Assembly (NCBI GenBank): GCA_003858585.1
Contig: RQZE01000011.1
Coordinates: 31,181 to 63,180 of the forward strand
Origin: Erysipelotrichaceae bacterium OH741_COT-311
GTDB taxonomy: Bacteria; Bacillota_I; Bacilli_A; Erysipelotrichales; Erysipelotrichaceae
Length of the DNA: 32,000 bases
Direction: 5' to 3'
Position 1 is the first letter of the stretch; each line of letters opens with the position of its first letter. The notes under the pieces are model-generated. The model saw nothing but the letters and a program-made list of their open reading frames with translations, did no database searches and had not been told where the DNA came from. Of the stretch, positions 17,319 through 27,353 are shown one piece after another. Made by a program: the position numbers and the translations under genes.

Positions 17319-17759
17319 TTATTTACCACAATTGTAACCATTCGCCTCTAATTCTTTAATCGATTCTTTAAGGCTGATATGTGATATATTGCCCGCTGTT
17401 ACCACACCACTTTCTTGTAGTTTCTTAATTGTTTCTTTATCGTAGACAATCGAAACGATAACAGTAAGTGTATCCTTTTCATCCTGATATGTTACATTTG
17501 TTTCTCCATAAAGTGGATTAAACGTTTCCTTAATTTGTTGTTGAAATGCTTCTTTATGTTCTTCTGAAATGCCATATTGCTCATAAGAAAACACAATTGT
17601 TTCTTTAAAACCTTTTACAACATCTCCTGAATGGGTATGTACTAATTTTGATTTAAGACCTCTACTTTGATCTTCAAACGTACATACATGTTCTTTGCTA
17701 CCAGCATTACAAGCACTTAAACTTAACGCTAATACTACAATCGCAACAAGTTTCTTCAT
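17319..17759 (-). CDS. Small lipoprotein, paralogue 3 of 4 (YehR/DUF1307-like by eye)
   Basis: MKKLVAIVVLALSLSAC lipobox; ...VCTFE ... GYNCGK. RBS GGTGA. Confidence 0.8.
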   Translation of the reverse strand: MKKLVAIVVLALSLSACNAGSKEHVCTFEDQSRGLKSKLVHTHSGDVVKGFKETIVFSYEQYGISEEHKEAFQQQIKETFNPLYGETNVTYQDEKDTLTVIVSIVYDKETIKKLQESGVVTAGNISHISLKESIKELEANGYNCGK

Positions 17760-17773
17760 GTTTTCACCAAAAA

Positions 17774-18205
17774 CTACTTACAAGTAAAGCCTGATGATTC
17801 CAATTCATTTTTAATTGTATCGATATCTAATTGTTCATCAGTAAGACTAAGACCTGTAAAGCCCCCTAAGCTACTTAATTGTTCTATTTGTTTTTGATCC
17901 TTTAAATCGATTGAAAATTCAATCACAATCTTATTTCCTTGTTGTTCTACTTTAGAACCTTTAATACCTTCAAAATAACCCTTTAACATACCTACTGCAA
18001 AAGCAATACTTTCTTTTTCTTCCTCAGGAATGTCGATAGAACCTTTAAAGCTAATCTTTGTAGCCTTGTTATCTTTGTGATTAACAATAACATTAGCCGT
18101 TGACCCTTCTTCCTTCAATGTACAAGCTAGTTTTTGTCCAGAACCACCAGCACATCCTGCTAGCATTGTAAGAGATAAAACTAAAATGATAAGTAATTTT
18201 TTCAT
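17774..18205 (-). CDS. Small lipoprotein, paralogue 4 of 4 (YehR/DUF1307-like by eye)
   Basis: MKKLLIILVLSLTMLAGC lipobox; ...ACTLKE ... GFTCK. Start placed at ATG 18205 (GGAAAGGAAA RBS) rather than 18259. Confidence 0.75.
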   Translation of the reverse strand: MKKLLIILVLSLTMLAGCAGGSGQKLACTLKEEGSTANVIVNHKDNKATKISFKGSIDIPEEEKESIAFAVGMLKGYFEGIKGSKVEQQGNKIVIEFSIDLKDQKQIEQLSSLGGFTGLSLTDEQLDIDTIKNELESSGFTCK

Positions 18206-18291
18206 ATTGGTTTCCTTTCCTAAATTACTGTAAGTGAATACTTTCAACTTATTATACATTTATTGTAACAAATATTTATAATTTTACTATC

Positions 18292-19284
18292 TTATTTGTT
18301 ATATTTTTCATATTTTTCATTTAAAAATAATTCATATTCATCCAATATCAATTTTAAGTCATCCAAAGAATTGATTTTAGTTAATAAATTTTTTACTTTT
18401 GTACTATAAGGTAATCCTTGAATATACCAAGGCGCTAATCCACGCATTTGTTTCATTGCGATACGTTCTCCCTTTAACGTTGTTAAACGCTTCGCATGAT
18501 CCATACACATTGCAAGGCGTTCTTTATCTCTAGGCATTTCTACACTATCTTTTTCAAAGATACTGCTTAACTCTTTGATCAAAAAGGGATTACCAATAGC
18601 GCCACGTCCAATCATAATACCATCGCACCCTGTTTCTTTTAAACGCATGATGGCTTCCTGAGCACTTTTTACATCACCATTACCAATGACCGGAATAGAT
18701 ACATTTTCTTTTAGCTTCTTAACCATATCCCAGTTGGCTTTGCCTTGGTATAACTGACTACGAGTACGCCCATGTAACGCAATGGCTTTTACTCCTACCG
18801 CTTCTAAACGTTTACCAAGTTCAATACAGTTGATAGAATCTTCACTCCACCCTAAACGCATCTTAACCGTTACGGGCTTTTTTACACTATCTACAACTGC
18901 CTTAACTAAGTTTACGGTAGAATCCATATCTTTTAATAAATAACTACCCGCTTTTCCTTTTACAATCTTAGTTACCGGACAGCCTAAGTTAATATCAATA
19001 ATATCGCAATCACTATGGGTATCCAAATACTTGGCAGCTTGAACCATCGTATCTACATCACCACCAAACAACTGCATGGCAATGGGATGTTCTACCTGAG
19101 AAGTGTAAGTCATTTCCAAAGACTTTTCATTTTCATACACAATTGCCTTATCACTTACCATTTCTGCATAGACAAGCCCTGCTCCAAACTTATAACAAAT
19201 TTCGCGAAAGGCATTGTTACTAATACCTGCCATAGGTGCAATAACAATGGGATTTTTAATCTCAATATCACCTATTTTAAACAT
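18292..19284 (-). CDS. dusB: tRNA-dihydrouridine synthase B
   Basis: 330 aa. APMAGISN, IDINLGCP, HGRTR and the C-terminal helical domain are typical DusB. Confidence 0.92.
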   Translation of the reverse strand: MFKIGDIEIKNPIVIAPMAGISNNAFREICYKFGAGLVYAEMVSDKAIVYENEKSLEMTYTSQVEHPIAMQLFGGDVDTMVQAAKYLDTHSDCDIIDINLGCPVTKIVKGKAGSYLLKDMDSTVNLVKAVVDSVKKPVTVKMRLGWSEDSINCIELGKRLEAVGVKAIALHGRTRSQLYQGKANWDMVKKLKENVSIPVIGNGDVKSAQEAIMRLKETGCDGIMIGRGAIGNPFLIKELSSIFEKDSVEMPRDKERLAMCMDHAKRLTTLKGERIAMKQMRGLAPWYIQGLPYSTKVKNLLTKINSLDDLKLILDEYELFLNEKYEKYNK

Positions 19285-20159
19285 GAACGCTTAAATCCTA
19301 AAATAAATTTTAATTCTTCTTCACTGATGATATATTTGGTATTGCAATATTCACATTTTACTTCCGCTTGATGATCTTCCTCAATCATTTGAATTAAATC
19401 TTCTTCTTTTAACGTAGATAAAGCCCCTTTGAAACGATCTTTACTACAATCACAATGCCATCCCACTTGTTTGCTTTCTAATATTTCCGCATCGTTAAAC
19501 AATGAAGTAACAATATCTTCTAACGACTTTCCTTCTTCAATTAAACTACTAATGGGCTGTAAATGTTTTACAACTTCTTCCACCGCCACTATATCTTCCT
19601 CTAATGCATTTGGCATTAATTGAATCAATAAACCGCCACTTGCTTTACAAGAATAATCCGTATCCACTAAGACACCTAAAGATACTACCGAAGGCGTTTG
19701 TTCACTTACCGCAAAGTAATAAGCAAAATCATCTCCGATTTCACCGGTCTGTAAAGCGACCTGTCCGGTAAACTTATCTTTCATCTTCATATCTTTGGTA
19801 ACTTGAAGATAACCTTGATTCCCAACCGCTAAACCAACAGCCAGTTTATTCGATTCATTGTACTTTAAATAAATTTCATTATCTCCAACAAATCCCTTTA
19901 CTTGTCCATTTCCATACGCTTGTACCATACAAGTACCAATAGGACCACCACCATTGAGTTGTACAATAATACTGTGATCTTCTTCCTTAAGCATTGATGC
20001 CATCATAACCGTAACACTTAATAAGCGCCCCATAGCCGCCAGTGAGGTTGGCCATAAATCATGCTGTAAACGAGCTTTCTCTACTAAATTTGTACTTCTT
20101 AAAGCATAAATACGCACATTTCCATTACGTGCAACCGCCTTGATTAATTTATCTTGCAT
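19272..20159 (-). CDS. hslO: Redox-regulated chaperone Hsp33
   Basis: 295 aa. C-terminal zinc centre CDCS ... CEYCNTKY. 13-nt overlap with the dusB start. Confidence 0.92.
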   Translation of the reverse strand: MQDKLIKAVARNGNVRIYALRSTNLVEKARLQHDLWPTSLAAMGRLLSVTVMMASMLKEEDHSIIVQLNGGGPIGTCMVQAYGNGQVKGFVGDNEIYLKYNESNKLAVGLAVGNQGYLQVTKDMKMKDKFTGQVALQTGEIGDDFAYYFAVSEQTPSVVSLGVLVDTDYSCKASGGLLIQLMPNALEEDIVAVEEVVKHLQPISSLIEEGKSLEDIVTSLFNDAEILESKQVGWHCDCSKDRFKGALSTLKEEDLIQMIEEDHQAEVKCEYCNTKYIISEEELKFILGFKRSCLK

Positions 20160-20174
20160 ACTTCACCTTTATAA

Positions 20175-20198
20175 AACACTAGACCTTAGCCTAGTGTT
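20175..20198 (-). other. Hairpin at the ftsH/hslO junction (possible weak terminator or processing/attenuation element)
   Basis: Minus strand AACACTAG / 8-nt loop GCTAAGGT (contains the ftsH TAA) / CTAGTGTT followed by UUAUAAAGG (hslO RBS region). No clean U-tract. Confidence 0.3.
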
Positions 20199-22051
20199 TC
20201 ATCCTTTTCCTTTACTTCTACATCAATTACATCCCCATCCACTGTTTTACCAGCCAATAGGTTTTCAATTTGTTCCGATGTAATTGTTTCATTTTCAATT
20301 AACGCATTAGCAATCAATTCTATCTCTTTACTATGACTTAAAATTAACTCTTTTGCTTTATTGTAACACTCATCAATAATCTTACGAACTTCTTTATCAA
20401 TTTCATAGGCAACATTACCAGATACATTACTTGGACTATTATAATCACGACCTAAGAATACCGAATGATTCGCCTGATCATATTGAATAGGACCTAAATC
20501 ACTCATCCCATAGATGGTAACCATATCACGTGCAATCTTTGTCGCGCTTTCGATATCACCATAAGCACCTGTTGTAATATCATCAAAATAGATTTCTTCA
20601 GCTACACGACCACCCATATACGAAGTAATCGAAGCCATTAAGTCTTTGCGCGTACGCATAAATTTCTCTTCTTTTGGTGTCATTAAGTTATACCCACCTG
20701 CACTACCACGTGGAATAATGGTAACTTTTTGCACCATAATCGCATTGTCTAAAAACAAACCAATAATCGCATGTCCCGCTTCATGATAAGCAACCATCTT
20801 CTTACTTGCTTCATCATGTGTACGACTCTTTTTCGCAGGACCCATCATTGTACGGTCAATCGCTTCATCCAAGTGAGGCATTTTAATCACTTCACTATGT
20901 TCACGAACCGCCAAAATGGCAGCTTCATTCAAGACATTTTCTAAATCAGCACCAGAAAACCCCGGTGTACGTTTTGCTAAAGCTCCTAAATCAATTTCAT
21001 CTGCCAACTTCTTATTACGTGCATGAACCTTTAAGATAGCTTCACGTCCTTTACGATCCGGTAAAGACACCGTAATTTGACGATCAAATCTTCCAGGACG
21101 AAGAAGTGCAGGATCTAAGACATCCGGACGGTTAGTACAAGCGATAATGACAACCCCGCTATTATCATTAATACCATCCATTTCAACTAGGATTTGATTT
21201 AATGTTTGCTCACGCTCATCGTGACCGCCACCCATACCGGCACCACGTTGACGCCCTACCGCATCAATTTCATCGATAAAAATAATACAAGGCATCGTTT
21301 GTTTAGCACGTTTGAACATATCACGAACACGACTTGCCCCAACTCCGACAAACATTTCTACAAAGTCCGAACCGGAAATGGAATAAAACGGCGCATTGGC
21401 TTCTCCGGCTACCGCTTTTGCCAATAATGTTTTCCCCGTTCCCGGAGGACCAACTAATAAAATCCCTTTTGGAATACGAGCCCCCATTTTCGCAAACTTA
21501 CGTGGCGAACGTAAATACTCAATAATTTCCGCCATCTCTTCTTTTTCTTCTTCACAACCCGCTACATCATTAAAACGAATCTTAATATCCGACTCTAAAC
21601 GAGCACGTGATTTTGAAAACTCAAAAGCTTTATTTTGTCCACCGCTATTCAAACGTGTCAAAATAAACACTGCAAATGCCCCAAAGATAATAAATGGAAC
21701 AATGTTACCAATCATCTCCATCCAAATATTACGAGCCTGTGCATCCACAATCGACACTTTGCTTTTTTCAAGCATCGAAATTAACGCATCACTTTGTCCT
21801 TCTGTATTTGGAATTGTGGATTTAAAATAAACATTACGATTATTATCCTTATAGCTTCCCTTTACATCAATAACGTTACTACCAACAGTAACCGTTACTT
21901 CTTCTACCTCAACCGTCTTTAATAAACTTCTTAATTCATTATAATTTAATACTTTACTTGTCCCATTTGGATTCAATAAAAATAATGCCATTAAAGAAGA
22001 TAGAACGATTAAAAAAGGTAAATAATTAAAAATTTTGTTACGATTATTCAT
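20186..22051 (-). CDS. ftsH: ATP-dependent zinc metalloprotease FtsH
   Basis: 621 aa. Two TM segments, Walker A GPPGTGKT, Walker [12 protein letters not shown] region [19 protein letters not shown], and zinc site HEAGH. Confidence 0.98.
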   Translation of the reverse strand: MNNRNKIFNYLPFLIVLSSLMALFLLNPNGTSKVLNYNELRSLLKTVEVEEVTVTVGSNVIDVKGSYKDNNRNVYFKSTIPNTEGQSDALISMLEKSKVSIVDAQARNIWMEMIGNIVPFIIFGAFAVFILTRLNSGGQNKAFEFSKSRARLESDIKIRFNDVAGCEEEKEEMAEIIEYLRSPRKFAKMGARIPKGILLVGPPGTGKTLLAKAVAGEANAPFYSISGSDFVEMFVGVGASRVRDMFKRAKQTMPCIIFIDEIDAVGRQRGAGMGGGHDEREQTLNQILVEMDGINDNSGVVIIACTNRPDVLDPALLRPGRFDRQITVSLPDRKGREAILKVHARNKKLADEIDLGALAKRTPGFSGADLENVLNEAAILAVREHSEVIKMPHLDEAIDRTMMGPAKKSRTHDEASKKMVAYHEAGHAIIGLFLDNAIMVQKVTIIPRGSAGGYNLMTPKEEKFMRTRKDLMASITSYMGGRVAEEIYFDDITTGAYGDIESATKIARDMVTIYGMSDLGPIQYDQANHSVFLGRDYNSPSNVSGNVAYEIDKEVRKIIDECYNKAKELILSHSKEIELIANALIENETITSEQIENLLAGKTVDGDVIDVEVKEKDETLG

Positions 22052-22062
22052 TCATGAACTCC

Positions 22063-22602
22063 TTATTTATAACACTCATCTTTTAAAACGCCAATATAAG
22101 GTAAATTACGATATTTTTGATTGTAGTCTAACCCAAAACCTACAACAAAGGCATCCGGTATTTCAAAGCCGATATACTCCGCATGAATATCTTCTACCAC
22201 ACGTCTTGACGGCTTATCCAATAATGCTACCACCTTAACACTCGCTGCTCCCTTATTAAAAAGCATTTCTTTTACATTTTTTAACGTACGACCGGTATCA
22301 ACGATATCTTCTACCAACAAAATATCAACACCTTTAATCGAACGATCTAAATCTTTATTAATACGAATATCACCAATCGATTCTGTTCCCTCATAGCTTG
22401 AAACATCCATAAAGTCAAACTCCACATCCATCTTGATATGTTTAATCAACTCAGATAAAAATGGAACCGATCCTTTTAATAATGCCACAAGTAATGGCGG
22501 TTGGCTACTTTGATACTCTTGATCAATTTTTTGCCCTAATTCCTTGCATTTCTCTACAATTTCATTTTCTGATATTAAAATTTCTTTAATCATTGGATGC
22601 AT
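22063..22602 (-). CDS. hpt: Hypoxanthine(-guanine) phosphoribosyltransferase
   Basis: PRPP motif ILLVEDIVDTGRT. The N-terminus MHPMIKEILISENEI aligns with Bacillus HprT as I recall it. Start placed at ATG 22602 (GGAGG 8 nt upstream); the ORF track starts at 22617. Confidence 0.9.
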   Translation of the reverse strand: MHPMIKEILISENEIVEKCKELGQKIDQEYQSSQPPLLVALLKGSVPFLSELIKHIKMDVEFDFMDVSSYEGTESIGDIRINKDLDRSIKGVDILLVEDIVDTGRTLKNVKEMLFNKGAASVKVVALLDKPSRRVVEDIHAEYIGFEIPDAFVVGFGLDYNQKYRNLPYIGVLKDECYK

Positions 22603-22622
22603 ACACAAAACCTCCATAATAT

Positions 22623-23810
22623 CTACAATTCTAACACAAATAAATTCATATTGTTAGAACTATGCGTTTTTTTACAGGCAATTTTAGGCACTAATAGAAT
22701 TTCATTCTTACAATTTAAAACAATTGGCCACTTTTTACGCTTATCCATCGGAATTTTTGCATCAATAAACAAACGAGATACCTTTTTATGACCAAAAGAT
22801 AATTCAATCTTATCACTTGGTAAAGGAGTACGAATCGTTAATGGAAAATCCTCTTTCACTACCATGACCCCACACTTTTTTGGTCCTGTTAAACTAAGCT
22901 TAAACTGTGGAAAGCTCATTTCTTTTAATTCTAAAATCTGATAAGAAAACTCTTCTTTATTACTTATATAAAAACTCCCTTGATGTACCACCAGATAAAA
23001 GTCATCAAACTCTAAACATAAGCGTGGACACTGTAAGATTTGTTTGATTAACTCTTGATAATATGCACTGCTCTTAGTAACCTTCAACAAAGAACGTAAA
23101 CATAATTCTTGATAAGGAAACTCCTTAAACTCATGAATCGCATACTTATCCCCTTGTGATAAAAAACAATGAACTTCCTTATGCATAGCCTCAAGATCAA
23201 CATTCGCCTGTTGTATCTCCTTTAAAAGATGCATCTTCCCTTCATAAGACATGCGCTTAAGAATTTGATTGCGAATTTTATTACGCAAATACGTATCACT
23301 TTGATTAGAAACATCTAAACTATAAGGAATTTCATTTTTTATTACAAAATCCAATAACTCTTGTTTTGTATACGACAACAAAGGACGAATCACTTTATAA
23401 CGTCCGTGATATACACATTCTTTTAGTCCATAGACCGATGGTATAATCTTACGCTTACGTTGTAATAAATACGTTTCCAATAAATCATCTAAATGATGCC
23501 CCACCAAGATCCCATCACATTGATATTGATCACATAACCTTTTAAAAAACGTATAACGGACATCACGCGCCCACTGTTCAAAATTACCTTGTTGATTATA
23601 GTAAGCATGATGCACATCATAAGGAATATGGTACTTTTTACAAAATTCGATGACTATCTGCATTTCTGCATCACTTTCTTTGCGAGTATGATAATTCACC
23701 ATCGCAACAATAATATTCATTTTTAGATAGGCACTCATTGCCAAAAGAGCCATAGAATCCGGTCCGGCAGAACATGCTAAAACATAATTACCTTTATATT
23801 TTTTCATCAT
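22623..23810 (-). CDS. tilS: tRNA(Ile)-lysidine synthase
   Basis: 395 aa. PP-loop LACSAGPDS, and GHHLDD further on. Conserved tilS-hpt-ftsH order. Confidence 0.9.
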   Translation of the reverse strand: MMKKYKGNYVLACSAGPDSMALLAMSAYLKMNIIVAMVNYHTRKESDAEMQIVIEFCKKYHIPYDVHHAYYNQQGNFEQWARDVRYTFFKRLCDQYQCDGILVGHHLDDLLETYLLQRKRKIIPSVYGLKECVYHGRYKVIRPLLSYTKQELLDFVIKNEIPYSLDVSNQSDTYLRNKIRNQILKRMSYEGKMHLLKEIQQANVDLEAMHKEVHCFLSQGDKYAIHEFKEFPYQELCLRSLLKVTKSSAYYQELIKQILQCPRLCLEFDDFYLVVHQGSFYISNKEEFSYQILELKEMSFPQFKLSLTGPKKCGVMVVKEDFPLTIRTPLPSDKIELSFGHKKVSRLFIDAKIPMDKRKKWPIVLNCKNEILLVPKIACKKTHSSNNMNLFVLEL

Positions 23811-23831
23811 ACGAAAAATTCCTAATGATTT

Positions 23832-24932
23832 CTAAACATTAAAACGAAACTCTATGACATCGCCATCTTTTACAATATACTCTTTTCCTTCACTGCGTAA
23901 TTTACCCGCTTCTTTTAAAGCCGCTACGGATTTATACGTCATTAAATCTTCATAACTATACGTTTCCGCACGAATAAAACCACGTTGGAAATCACTGTGA
24001 ATAATCCCTGCACACTCCGGAGCTTTCATTCCTTTACGAAATGTCCAAGCACGAACTTCACTTACACCGGCAGTAAAATAGGTTTGTAAATCTAACATAT
24101 GATAGGCAGCCTTAATCACTTGATCTAACCCGGATTCCTTCATACCTAACTCTTCTAAAAACAACGCTTTTTCTTCATCCTCTAACATCGATAATTCTTC
24201 TTCAATCTTAGCGGAAATCGCAACTACATCATTTTGTTGTTGTGCAGCATATTCTTTTAAGGCAACATAATGAGAGTTACTTTCCGGATGACTAATTTCT
24301 TCCTCTGCGATATTGGCAATATAAATCATCGGCTTACTTGTAAGTAATTGATACCCTTTTACAATAACCTCTTCTTCCTTACTAAGCGAAACACTACGAG
24401 CCGGTTGTCCTTGCTTTAATACTTCATGTAATTTATTCAGCACTTCCACTTCCACCATCGCATCGGCATCCTTTGCTTGTGCCTTACGAGCTACTTTACT
24501 TAAACGATTTTCAATCGTATTATAATCTGCAATCGCTAATTCCAAGTTAATGATTTCTGCATCACGAATGGGATCTACACTCCCTTCCACATGCGTAATA
24601 TCACCATCTTCAAAACAACGCACCACATGACAAATCGCATCTGTTTGTCGAATATGACTTAAAAATTGGTTTCCTAATCCTTCTCCTTTACTTGCTCCTT
24701 TTACAAGACCTGCAATATCCGTAAATTCAAACGTAGTATATACCACCTTCTTTGGAACAATGTATTGACATATATGTTTGATTCGTTCATCCGGCACTTC
24801 CACTACCCCTACGTTTGGATTGATTGTCGCAAATGGATAGTTTGCAGCTTCTACATTTGATTTTGTAATCGCATTAAATAACGTTGACTTTCCAACATTT
24901 GGTAAACCAACAATTCCAGCAGTTAATGACAT
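23832..24932 (-). CDS. ychF: Ribosome-binding ATPase YchF (Obg-like GTPase family)
   Basis: 366 aa. G1 GLPNVGKST, DIAGLV.GAS.GEGLGN.FL, and a C-terminal TGS-like domain ending IEFRFNV. Confidence 0.95.
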   Translation of the reverse strand: MSLTAGIVGLPNVGKSTLFNAITKSNVEAANYPFATINPNVGVVEVPDERIKHICQYIVPKKVVYTTFEFTDIAGLVKGASKGEGLGNQFLSHIRQTDAICHVVRCFEDGDITHVEGSVDPIRDAEIINLELAIADYNTIENRLSKVARKAQAKDADAMVEVEVLNKLHEVLKQGQPARSVSLSKEEEVIVKGYQLLTSKPMIYIANIAEEEISHPESNSHYVALKEYAAQQQNDVVAISAKIEEELSMLEDEEKALFLEELGMKESGLDQVIKAAYHMLDLQTYFTAGVSEVRAWTFRKGMKAPECAGIIHSDFQRGFIRAETYSYEDLMTYKSVAALKEAGKLRSEGKEYIVKDGDVIEFRFNV

Positions 24933-25050
24933 AACCTTCTCCTTTGATTCCTTTTTGCAAATAACAATAGTATACCATTAATTATTATAATACGTAAGTA
25001 ATACAAGTAAAAGCGTGAATTATGTTAAAATAAACGAAAAGGAAGAAAGT

Positions 25051-27342
25051 ATGAAAAACTATACCGGATTAAATAATCAAGAAGTAAAACAACGCATCGA
25101 CAAACAACAAACCAATCACTTTTATGATCAAACACATACTACTAACAAAGACATCATTCTACGTCATGTGTTTACATTGTTTAACTTTTTAAATGTCGTT
25201 CTAGCTTTGTTTGTCTTATTTACTAAAAAATATCAAAATATGTTGTTTATGCAAGTAGTCATCATTAATACTGTGATTGTAATTGTGCAAGAACTACGCA
25301 GCAAACATAAACTTGATAAACTAAAAGTCCTACACCAAAGTAAATCACACGTACTACGCCGAGGACAAGAAGTAACCATACAAAAAGAAGATATTGTCTT
25401 AGATGATATTCTTCTATTAAAACTTGGTGATGAAGTCGTTGCGGATTGTAAGATACTAGAAGGTCATCTTGAAGTCAATGAATCCATGCTTACCGGAGAA
25501 TCCAATTCCATCTCTAAAACCGTAGAGGAAGAAGTCTTATCCGGAAGTAGTATTTTAAGCGGCAACGCTTACTGCAAAGTCATTCGTGTAGGAAAAGACA
25601 CCTATATCAACGGTGTATTATCTCACTTAAAACAAAGCAAAAAGCAAAAAGCCATTTTAAAAGATACCATTTCCAATATCATTAAAATCATTACCTACAT
25701 CATAGTACCTTTATCTTTATTCTTATTCTTAAAACAATTCTACCTAACACGACTATCTTTGAATGAAAGCATCTTAAAAACGGTAGCCTCTAGTGTAGGC
25801 ATGATTCCGGAAGGACTTATTCTGTTGATTTCTATTTCTTTAGCCATAGGATCTATCTATCTCGCTAATCACGATACCCTAATTCAAGAAATCCATGCGA
25901 TTGATACCCTAGCACGCATCGATGATTTATGTGTTGATAAAACCGGAACCTTAACAACAGGAAATATGGAAGTAAAAGAAATCATTTCAATAGACCCTTC
26001 TTTTGATGCCAGTAACATTCTTGCAAATCTAACGAATTATTTAAAAGATCAAAACCCAACCACTGATGCCATCAGTAAATACTGTTTGATCAGCCAAGTT
26101 CTTCCTATTATCAATGGAATTCACTTTAACTCTACCAACAAATATTCCTTAATCTCAACCCAAAGAGATACCTATACACTAGGTGCCTATAACTTTATAC
26201 AGGCAAGGATAGAAAAATCCCTAGAAAAAACAATCACAAATTATACAAGTCAAGGACATCGTATATTAGCCTTGGCACATGCTTCAAACCAACAAGAAGG
26301 CTTGCCAAATGAAAATACCATCATTGCCCTTATCGTATTAACAGATGAATTGAAACAAGAAGCCAAAGGTGTTTTACAACACTTTAAAGAACAAGAAGTA
26401 ACTGTACGTATTTTAAGTGGTGATGATTACCATACCGTAAAAGCCATTTCCAAGGCATTAGACTTGGATCTTTCAATTATGGATTGTAGCAATGTTTTAG
26501 ATGAAGAACTCATACAGACTTGTAACGATTATCAAATCTTTACCCGTGTCAAACCGCTTCAAAAGAAACTCATTTTACATACTTTAAAACAACAAGGTCG
26601 TATTACCGCCATGGTAGGAGATGGCATTAACGATGCCTTTGCCTTAAAAGAAGCAGACATCAGTATCGCTATGGCAAATGGCTACGATGCAATTAAAAGT
26701 ATCAGTCACATCATCCTTTTAGATAATAACTTTAATCACTTAGTAGAAATCCTAAATCAAGGTCGTCGAGTTATAAACAACATCACATTATCATCCACAC
26801 TCTTTTTAACCAAAACAACCTTTTCTATCCTATTAACCTTGTTTACTATTCTCTTTCTTCCAGCCTATCCATTTATTCCTATCCAATTAACACTACTATC
26901 TTCTTTATTCATTGGTATTCCATCTTTTATCTTAACCATGGAATCCAACTTCAACCCCATCCCTAAACAATTCATGAAACTTATTTTATCAAAGGCAATT
27001 CCTTGTGGAATTAGTGTTGTTTTCGCAGTCATACTGCTATATGGTATACATCACTTCTATCCCATTCCAGATAGCCTAACAACCATGATTTTTTACGTAA
27101 CCGCAGCAATTATGTACTACATCTTAGTATACACAAGTTATCCATTTACACCTATGCGCAAGTATTTACTCATTGGAATTTTCTTTACTTTTTTGATATG
27201 TGTTTCTTTCTTCCATCATTTTTTTGAAATTACTTATTTAACTCTTACTCAATGGTTCATTGTAGCCATAGCAACTATCTTATCCATCTTACTTTTAAAC
27301 TTTATTCGTAACATCTTCTTTAAACAAACAAAAACACTGTAA
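25051..27342 (+). CDS. Cation-translocating P-type ATPase (P2-like; substrate unknown)
   Basis: TGES (LTGESNSI), PEGL (IPEGLILL), phosphorylation site CVDKTGTLT and GDGIND, with about 10 TM segments. Start placed at ATG 25051 (AAGGAAG RBS) rather than GTG 25015. Confidence 0.88.
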   Translation: MKNYTGLNNQEVKQRIDKQQTNHFYDQTHTTNKDIILRHVFTLFNFLNVVLALFVLFTKKYQNMLFMQVVIINTVIVIVQELRSKHKLDKLKVLHQSKSHVLRRGQEVTIQKEDIVLDDILLLKLGDEVVADCKILEGHLEVNESMLTGESNSISKTVEEEVLSGSSILSGNAYCKVIRVGKDTYINGVLSHLKQSKKQKAILKDTISNIIKIITYIIVPLSLFLFLKQFYLTRLSLNESILKTVASSVGMIPEGLILLISISLAIGSIYLANHDTLIQEIHAIDTLARIDDLCVDKTGTLTTGNMEVKEIISIDPSFDASNILANLTNYLKDQNPTTDAISKYCLISQVLPIINGIHFNSTNKYSLISTQRDTYTLGAYNFIQARIEKSLEKTITNYTSQGHRILALAHASNQQEGLPNENTIIALIVLTDELKQEAKGVLQHFKEQEVTVRILSGDDYHTVKAISKALDLDLSIMDCSNVLDEELIQTCNDYQIFTRVKPLQKKLILHTLKQQGRITAMVGDGINDAFALKEADISIAMANGYDAIKSISHIILLDNNFNHLVEILNQGRRVINNITLSSTLFLTKTTFSILLTLFTILFLPAYPFIPIQLTLLSSLFIGIPSFILTMESNFNPIPKQFMKLILSKAIPCGISVVFAVILLYGIHHFYPIPDSLTTMIFYVTAAIMYYILVYTSYPFTPMRKYLLIGIFFTFLICVSFFHHFFEITYLTLTQWFIVAIATILSILLLNFIRNIFFKQTKTL

Positions 27343-27353
27343 CCAGTGTTTTT
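27330..27353. terminator. Bidirectional terminator between convergent genes
   Basis: Perfect 10-bp stem AAAAACACTG / loop TAAC / CAGTGTTTTT. The ATPase TAA stop lies in the loop. A/T runs on both sides. Confidence 0.7.

Noticed and set aside
19015-19623. Plus-strand ORFs 19015-19371 (118 aa) and 19429-19623 (64 aa).
   Set aside because: They are antisense to dusB and hslO, which are both complete and conserved. They have no independent support.
21206-21830. Plus-strand ORFs of 63-144 aa (21206-21427, 21334-21525, 21396-21830) inside ftsH.
   Set aside because: They are antisense to a highly conserved, full-length FtsH gene, with no RBS or family resemblance. This is typical of chance ORFs opposite a long gene.
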